Of a stretch of 12,689 nucleotides of DNA, positions 7,499-12,689 are shown one piece after another. This DNA comes from Promethearchaeota archaeon. Lineage in GTDB: Archaea > Asgardarchaeota > Lokiarchaeia > Sigyniarchaeales > SOKP01. Every line of letters starts with the position of its first letter. The stretch's first letter is position 1. The translations under genes and the position numbers were made by a program. The notes below the pieces were generated by a model. That model made no database searches and had not been told where the DNA came from. It saw nothing but the letters and a program-made list of their open reading frames with translations. The stretch lies in assembly GCA_004524535.1 (NCBI GenBank), contig SDNY01000105.1:1-12689 (forward strand), given 5' to 3'.

Positions 7499-9061
7499 AT
7501 GAGAACTTATGAAGAGTACCGTGAAAAATTAGTTAAGATGAAGCCAAATATTTGGATTGGCAATGAAAAAGTTGGGAGGGATGATCCTCGAATACAAGGG
7601 GGGATGAATATTATACGCGTGTCATATGATTGTGCGTATGACCCGGAATTTGAAGATTTATGTACGGCAACATCGCATTTGACTGGAGAAAAAATAAACA
7701 GATTTACTCATATCCATCAGAACATTGATGATCTTTTAAAAAAACAGAGAATGACAAGAGTTCTATGCCATCGTGTTGGAGGGTGCATACAGAGATGCAT
7801 GGGAATCGATGCTTTAAACGCTGTTTCAGTAATTACTTATGAATTAGATCAAGCATTAGGTACAGATTATTATCAAAGATTTGAAGCTTATATGAGATAT
7901 TTTCAAGAAAACGACCTTACAGCATCTTGTGCATCAACTGATGCTAAGGGAGACAGATCGAAGCGTCCGCATGAACAAGAGAACCCAGATGCGTATTTGA
8001 GAGTGGTTGAAACTAGAGACGATGGTATCATCGTAAGAGGGGCAAAACAGTGTATAACCAATACTCCGTATGTTGACGAAATAATTGCTGTACCTTGCAG
8101 ATTTATGGGTCCAGAGGATAAAGATTATGCAGTTGCATTTGCTTTACCGGGCGATTGGGATGGTGTAAAATTATTAGCTAGACCGGGTTATTTTAAAGTA
8201 CCTAAAAATGTTCCTGAAGATATGAAAGTTAAAACATTGGAAATAGGAGATGTTGAAACTTTCATTATTTTTGACGACGTTTTTGTTCCAAACGAAAGAG
8301 TTTTTTTGAATGGTCAAGCTGATCCACGACAAACCCCTTATGCTGGCTTTTTAGCTTTAATGTTTGCTCATTATCATAGGCATTCGTATACAGGATGCAA
8401 ACCAGCAATATCAGAAATACTAGCAAGTGCCGCAGCGCTCGTTGCAGAATATAACGGTATTGAGAGTACTACTCACGTAAGGGATAAGCTCTCTCACCTT
8501 ATAGGGACTGCAGAGTTAGTTTTTGCAGCAGGAGAATCAAGTGCATACCATTCTGAAAAATCACCTTCAGGAACACAAGTTCCTGATGAAATTTTAACAA
8601 ACGCAGGACGCAGATTAGCGGGAGAAAATATATACGAAGAGTATAAAATCGTTGCAGATCTCGCTGGAGGATTGATAGCAACGCTACCTTTCATTGAGAC
8701 ATTCTTTGATGACGAAGTAGGGCCGCTCGCAATGAAGTATATGCAAAGAAATCCAAAGGTTAAACCAATAAATGTATTAAAATGCTTTAAAGGCTTAGAA
8801 TGTATGGCTTGCTCAGATTTAGGGGGTGTATTACAAGTTGCAGGCCTTCATGGCGGTGGTTCGCCTCAAATGGAAACAATCGCAATGATGGGACGATACG
8901 ATGTAAAAAAGCTTAAGAACATTTCAAAATATTTATTTGGAATAAAGAGCAAATTGCATCGATATGAAAGATCAGAGACTCCTGTAACTCCTAGAAAATT
9001 GCTTGAAAGGTTTAAAAAAGCTCTGATTGCGAAAGAAAAACGAGAAAAAAAAAAATCATAA
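7499..9061 (+). CDS. 4-hydroxybutyryl-CoA dehydratase-like flavo-[4Fe-4S] protein (AbfD/HpaB family)
   Basis: GGCIQRCMG and HRHSYTGCK supply the Cys/Cys/His/Cys cluster-ligand pattern of AbfD. Also TDAKGDRSKRP, FDDVFVPNERVFL and HGGGSPQME. Confidence 0.85.
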   Translation: MRTYEEYREKLVKMKPNIWIGNEKVGRDDPRIQGGMNIIRVSYDCAYDPEFEDLCTATSHLTGEKINRFTHIHQNIDDLLKKQRMTRVLCHRVGGCIQRCMGIDALNAVSVITYELDQALGTDYYQRFEAYMRYFQENDLTASCASTDAKGDRSKRPHEQENPDAYLRVVETRDDGIIVRGAKQCITNTPYVDEIIAVPCRFMGPEDKDYAVAFALPGDWDGVKLLARPGYFKVPKNVPEDMKVKTLEIGDVETFIIFDDVFVPNERVFLNGQADPRQTPYAGFLALMFAHYHRHSYTGCKPAISEILASAAALVAEYNGIESTTHVRDKLSHLIGTAELVFAAGESSAYHSEKSPSGTQVPDEILTNAGRRLAGENIYEEYKIVADLAGGLIATLPFIETFFDDEVGPLAMKYMQRNPKVKPINVLKCFKGLECMACSDLGGVLQVAGLHGGGSPQMETIAMMGRYDVKKLKNISKYLFGIKSKLHRYERSETPVTPRKLLERFKKALIAKEKREKKKS

Positions 9062-9078
9062 AAAGAAAAGTGCCAATT

Positions 9079-9092
9079 ATTTCTTTTTTTTT
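9079..9092 (+). terminator. Oligo-U terminator of the abfD-like gene
   Basis: T-rich tract (TTTTCTTTTTTTTT) about 20 nt after the stop, in a convergent intergenic region. Confidence 0.4.
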
Positions 9093-9166
9093 AAATTATT
9101 GATTTTTTACAAATTAATTAAATATTGAGTTATTGATAGTTATTAATAGAAATAAATCAAAATTTT

Positions 9167-10126
9167 TTATAATAGGCATAAAGCAAATGTTTGTTTTTCT
9201 GATAATGAACTAATAGAAACATCAGAAATCTGTTTTGAGATAAAATTATTTATTGGAACTCCTTTTTCAAATAGGTCGTTAAATTTTTCATTGAAAATTT
9301 GATAAATTTTTTCATTCCGAGTTATATACGAACCCATTAATTTGTTTGTAGGATCGAAACTTGGCTGAATTAATTCATCGTCCGTTAAGCTAAAATTGCT
9401 AAAATCTTCTTCCGTAATATGAACTTCAAGATTTTTAACTTCAAAATCAATAGGGTTAAAATTTTCAGTTAAAACTTTAAATTCCTTACTTTTTAATAAA
9501 GAAGTAATCAATTCATTATTAAAAACAACTTGTATCCTTAAATTCTTAAGGTTCTTTTTGATTTTATTCATACTTTCAATTAGATTTTCTTCGATTTCTT
9601 TAGACAAATTTGTTCTAATATAAGGAATTAATGGATTTTCATAGCGAATACCTGTAGCAATTTTGCATTTACTCTGCGTTAGAAAGGGATAATATATCTC
9701 ATCGATATTATTAATATCAAAGATAAGAAGTTCAACAGGCTCTTGAGTAGCCTCTATAGATTTTAATTTATATCTTTTAATGAACTCATCAAGAAAGGTT
9801 GTACATCGGTTTTTTTCATTTTCAAATTCGATCCTTAAGTCTTCAATTCTTTTATTGATAAGTTTTTGCCAAATTGGGATGATTGGGTTAGCTAAATTAA
9901 TTTTCATAGGTCTATCATAAATTTGGACTAAGTCTAAATCGCTCAATACTGAACAGATTTTATAGCCTCTTTTTAAAGTAAGATTATATTGAAGAGAAAC
10001 TTCTTTCAAATTTTCAATTTTTTTATTTTCCAATAAATGATGATAAATTTTTTCAATTCCTTTTTCAATTATACCTAATGAATTAAATAAATTTGATAAT
10101 TGAATAAATTCTTCCCGTATAGTCAT
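9167..10126 (-). CDS. Putative TrmB-like transcriptional regulator (N-terminal wHTH, C-terminal PLD-like/effector domain)
   Basis: N-terminal pattern LG...E.KIY..LL...LKEVS...LTLKRGYKI.S.L..LDLV....RP.....NP resembles TrmB wHTH domains, followed by a coiled-coil and an alpha/beta domain. Recognised by eye only. Confidence 0.6.
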   Translation of the reverse strand: MTIREEFIQLSNLFNSLGIIEKGIEKIYHHLLENKKIENLKEVSLQYNLTLKRGYKICSVLSDLDLVQIYDRPMKINLANPIIPIWQKLINKRIEDLRIEFENEKNRCTTFLDEFIKRYKLKSIEATQEPVELLIFDINNIDEIYYPFLTQSKCKIATGIRYENPLIPYIRTNLSKEIEENLIESMNKIKKNLKNLRIQVVFNNELITSLLKSKEFKVLTENFNPIDFEVKNLEVHITEEDFSNFSLTDDELIQPSFDPTNKLMGSYITRNEKIYQIFNEKFNDLFEKGVPINNFISKQISDVSISSLSEKQTFALCLL

Positions 10127-10127
10127 A

Positions 10128-10670
10128 TTATAAACTATTTAATTTTTCTTTCATATTTTGAATAATAAATTCGGCTAGAATACTAAAAGCTTTGTCAACA
10201 TTAACATTATTCATTGCTGAAATCTCAATAAAATCAGTAAATTTATTTTTCTCTGCTAATTGAACTCCATGTTCAGTAGGAATTTGCCGTTGAGTTTCAG
10301 CAAGATCTAGTTTTGAGCCAATTATAATGAGGGGAATTTCCCCTCCTTTTTGCCTGACAATAGAACTCCACTCTTGTATATTGTCTAAAGTAGAAGATCT
10401 CGTAATATCATATAACAAAAATGCTCCATTAGCACCAAGACAATATGTTGGTAAGAGAAATCTGAACCTTTCTTCCCCTCCCATGTCCCAAATCTGAAGC
10501 TTTATCTTTTTATTATTTATTTCGATTGTTTTTACGTGAAAATCGACTCCAATAGTCATTCTCTCGCTTGGATTGAATAAATTATAACAATAGCGTTTTG
10601 CGAATGAAGTTTTGCCCACATTCGCATCCCCAAGCAGGAGTATCTTGAAAGTATAGTCATAAGTTGGCAT
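10128..10670 (-). CDS. Rab-like small GTPase (Ras superfamily)
   Basis: G1 GDANVGKTS; G2/RabF1 TIGVDF; RabF2 KLQIW; G3 DMGG; G4 SKLD; G5 EISA; LYDIT. No C-terminal cysteine motif. Confidence 0.93.
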   Translation of the reverse strand: MPTYDYTFKILLLGDANVGKTSFAKRYCYNLFNPSERMTIGVDFHVKTIEINNKKIKLQIWDMGGEERFRFLLPTYCLGANGAFLLYDITRSSTLDNIQEWSSIVRQKGGEIPLIIIGSKLDLAETQRQIPTEHGVQLAEKNKFTDFIEISAMNNVNVDKAFSILAEFIIQNMKEKLNSL

Positions 10671-10694
10671 TTGTGATCTAATTATATGTATGCA

Positions 10695-10733
10695 TTAATT
10701 GATTATTATATTACAATACGAATTTTATAATAT
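10695..10733. repeat. Bipartite direct repeat, copy 1 (upstream of tbp)
   Basis: TTAATTGATTA (10695-10705) and CGAATTTTATAATAT (10719-10733); both blocks recur exactly at 11479-11512. Confidence 0.7.
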
Positions 10734-10786
10734 ATTTTTAAGTAATTAAATATTTTCTCGAAAATTTAATAATAATAAATAGTTAA

Positions 10787-10808
10787 AAAAGAAATATAAA
10801 AGAAATAT
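10787..10808 (+). promoter_or_regulatory. Putative BRE/TATA promoter of tbp within a tandem AAAAGAAATAT x2
   Basis: Purine-rich run followed by TATAAAA (10795-10801), about 27 nt before ATG 10828; fits a leaderless or short-leader archaeal promoter. Confidence 0.4.
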
Positions 10809-10827
10809 TCCTTTTTAAAGTAAGCCC

Positions 10828-11460
10828 ATGTCAGAAGAAAAAAATAATTTTGAAGAATCCGATTTTGAAGGAGAATTAGATTATAAAATCGAAAATGTCG
10901 TAGGAACGGTAATAATGGAGATCGAAGAAAAGATGGATCTTAATCAAATTGCCCGCAAATATGAATCAACAGAATATAATCCGGAAAGATTTCCTGGTCT
11001 TATTATGAGAGTTTCTAATCCGAGAGCAACATTTCTTATCTTTTCTACAGGAAAAATGGTCGTCACGGGACTTAGAAAAGGGGAAGAGGCAGCTCAAGTA
11101 GTAGAAAAAGTAATGAAAAAAATTAAAAAAGCAGGAATTAAAGCGTCTAATCCAAAAATTACTATTCAGAATATTGTCGCAAGCGGAGATTTACACACAC
11201 ATGTAGATTTAAATTTAGCAGCGATAGTAATGGAATATGCCATGTATGAGCCAGAAGTATTTCCAGGGCTAATTTATCGCATGCAAGACCCAAAGACAGT
11301 TTTTTTAATATTTTCTACTGGTAGAATTGTCTGCACTGGAACTAAGAGTAAGGAAGTGGTAAGAGAAGCGGTTTTAAAATTGAATCATGAAATACGAGAA
11401 TTAGGAGTTGCTAAAAAAGATATGGCAGATTCCGATTATGAAGATGTTACATTTATTTAA
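10828..11460 (+). CDS. tbp: TATA-box-binding protein
   Basis: Two TBP repeats: IENVVGT..YNPERFPGLI..FLIFSTGKMVVTG and IQNIVAS..YEPEVFPGLIYR..FLIFSTGRIVCTG. Acidic termini as in archaeal TBP. Confidence 0.98.
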   Translation: MSEEKNNFEESDFEGELDYKIENVVGTVIMEIEEKMDLNQIARKYESTEYNPERFPGLIMRVSNPRATFLIFSTGKMVVTGLRKGEEAAQVVEKVMKKIKKAGIKASNPKITIQNIVASGDLHTHVDLNLAAIVMEYAMYEPEVFPGLIYRMQDPKTVFLIFSTGRIVCTGTKSKEVVREAVLKLNHEIRELGVAKKDMADSDYEDVTFI

Positions 11461-11478
11461 ATTATTTAGATTCTGCCC

Positions 11479-11512
11479 TTAATTGATTAATATAATTCGA
11501 ATTTTATAATAT
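11479..11512. repeat. Bipartite direct repeat, copy 2 (downstream of tbp)
   Basis: TTAATTGATTA (11479-11489) and CGAATTTTATAATAT (11498-11512). Confidence 0.7.
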
Positions 11513-11524
11513 TTCCTTAATTAA

Positions 11525-12286
11525 TTAAATCATTTCAAATTTCATATTAAATTTCTTATATAGATTGTCCAAACATTCCTCTTCCGATAATTCTATTGAA
11601 TATACTTTACTATATCCTATTTTTTGAGTGAATTTTATAAAATCTTTAGATATATCTGTTATATCTTCTTCATCGTATTTTAGATCGCTTAATTTTATCA
11701 AGAAAATAAAATCCTTAATCTTTTTAAGTTGATTATAATCTGAATCACTAATATACCTCGTATTTATTATATATCCTAAATTTTCTTGAGATTCAAAAGG
11801 TTCTAAAACTTCCATCGCATCGTTTAATGTTGGTATTGAGCCTAAAAATTCAAAACCTATATTAATATCTTCATCATATGCTTTTTTAGAGAGATTTTCA
11901 AGTCTTTTTATTGTTCTATTTATAACTCTCCATTTTGGTATTATGTTATCTTCAGATGAGAGTTCAAGTTTGGATGGATTAACTATTATTAGATTTGAAT
12001 CCAATTTATAGCATAAATTAAACATTTGCATTAAATTGTTAAGAACTTTCGTTTTATACTCTTTTTCTGAACACAAGGAAAAATCTTTTAAATGAAATAT
12101 GCTAAAAACTCGAAGATTGTAAATTTCTAATGTTTCTAAAATGTCTTTTAATTTAAGATTTTTAGATAGACTTCTTTTAATTTTTTTAAAATTTAACTCT
12201 ATCCCTTTAAAATCTCTGGAGAATTTTATAAATTCTAGTAATGACAGATCTTTACAAGAATTTTGATTTAAAGCTAATTTAATCAT
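11525..12286 (-). CDS. Sugar-phosphate isomerase/epimerase (xylose-isomerase-like TIM barrel) family protein with a degenerate metal site
   Basis: Pattern KLALNQ..., FKGIELN, INIGFEFLG, NLGYII, GYSKVYSIEL matches the AP-endonuclease-2/IolI-like fold. Confidence 0.7.
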   Translation of the reverse strand: MIKLALNQNSCKDLSLLEFIKFSRDFKGIELNFKKIKRSLSKNLKLKDILETLEIYNLRVFSIFHLKDFSLCSEKEYKTKVLNNLMQMFNLCYKLDSNLIIVNPSKLELSSEDNIIPKWRVINRTIKRLENLSKKAYDEDINIGFEFLGSIPTLNDAMEVLEPFESQENLGYIINTRYISDSDYNQLKKIKDFIFLIKLSDLKYDEEDITDISKDFIKFTQKIGYSKVYSIELSEEECLDNLYKKFNMKFEMI

Positions 12287-12458
12287 TGTAAAAAAGTTAA
12301 ATATATTTTCTCAATATTCTCATAATTCTTTATTAATTTAAATTTTAATGGGAATTACAAAACCTTTAATAATCTAATAATAAATAGAATTTTTCGATTT
12401 TTCGCATGATCTTTTCAATAAACTAAAAAAACTAAATAAAAAAAGAATTTATAAAATT

Positions 12459-12689
12459 TTAGTCATTTTTTAATTCTTCTAGTCTCCCTTCGGCTTCACT
12501 TAGTTTTCGATCAATAGTTTTTCTTTTTTCGAGAAATTTTTCTCGTGAAATGGAACCAGTATAGAGTTTTTCTTCTAGTTGTTGTAGCTTTCCCTGCAGA
12601 TCTTCTATATTCTTCTCAACTTTAAAAATTTTCTCTTCTTTGCTAAGTTCTTTCATTGGAGGTTCCAAACGAGGTTTTTTTAATGGAGC
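12459..12689 (-). CDS. C-terminal coiled-coil part of a hypothetical protein truncated by the window edge
   Basis: Frame is open to base 12689 (APLKKPRLEPPMKELSKEEK...); heptad-rich charged C-terminus; no family recognised. Confidence 0.6.
   Translation of the reverse strand, partial: APLKKPRLEPPMKELSKEEKIFKVEKNIEDLQGKLQQLEEKLYTGSISREKFLEKRKTIDRKLSEAEGRLEELKND

Noticed and set aside
8494-8694. Two short - strand ORFs (8494-8694, 8499-8681)
   Set aside because: Antisense to the conserved abfD-like gene with no independent support.
1-12689. tRNA, rRNA, CRISPR array, transposase or integrase
   Set aside because: No cloverleaf, GC-rich structural RNA, regularly spaced repeats or recombinase motifs seen by eye.

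Overview
This is an AT-rich archaeal chromosomal segment, most likely from an Asgard (Lokiarchaeia-like) genome. That assignment is inferred from a Rab-like small GTPase beside an archaeal TBP, plus duplicated fatty-acid activation and crotonase genes. Gene order: a 59-aa Zn-finger/acidic protein missed by the ORF track; CTP synthase pyrG; two tandem crotonase-family paralogs; a FadD-like acyl-CoA ligase; a homocitrate-synthase-family enzyme; a divergent AbfD-like flavo-Fe-S dehydratase; a TrmB-like regulator coupled to a Rab-like GTPase; a divergent tbp; a degenerate sugar-isomerase TIM barrel; and the 3' end of a coiled-coil gene. The most striking feature is in pyrG. Its true N-terminus (ATG 2133) is separated from the rest of the gene by a 32-nt, frame-breaking, hairpin-forming insertion inside the ATP-binding P-loop (SGI^GKG). 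Removing it exactly restores a 564-aa CTP synthase. Other notable points: the fadD N-terminus has no in-frame canonical start codon, and tbp is flanked by a bipartite direct repeat.
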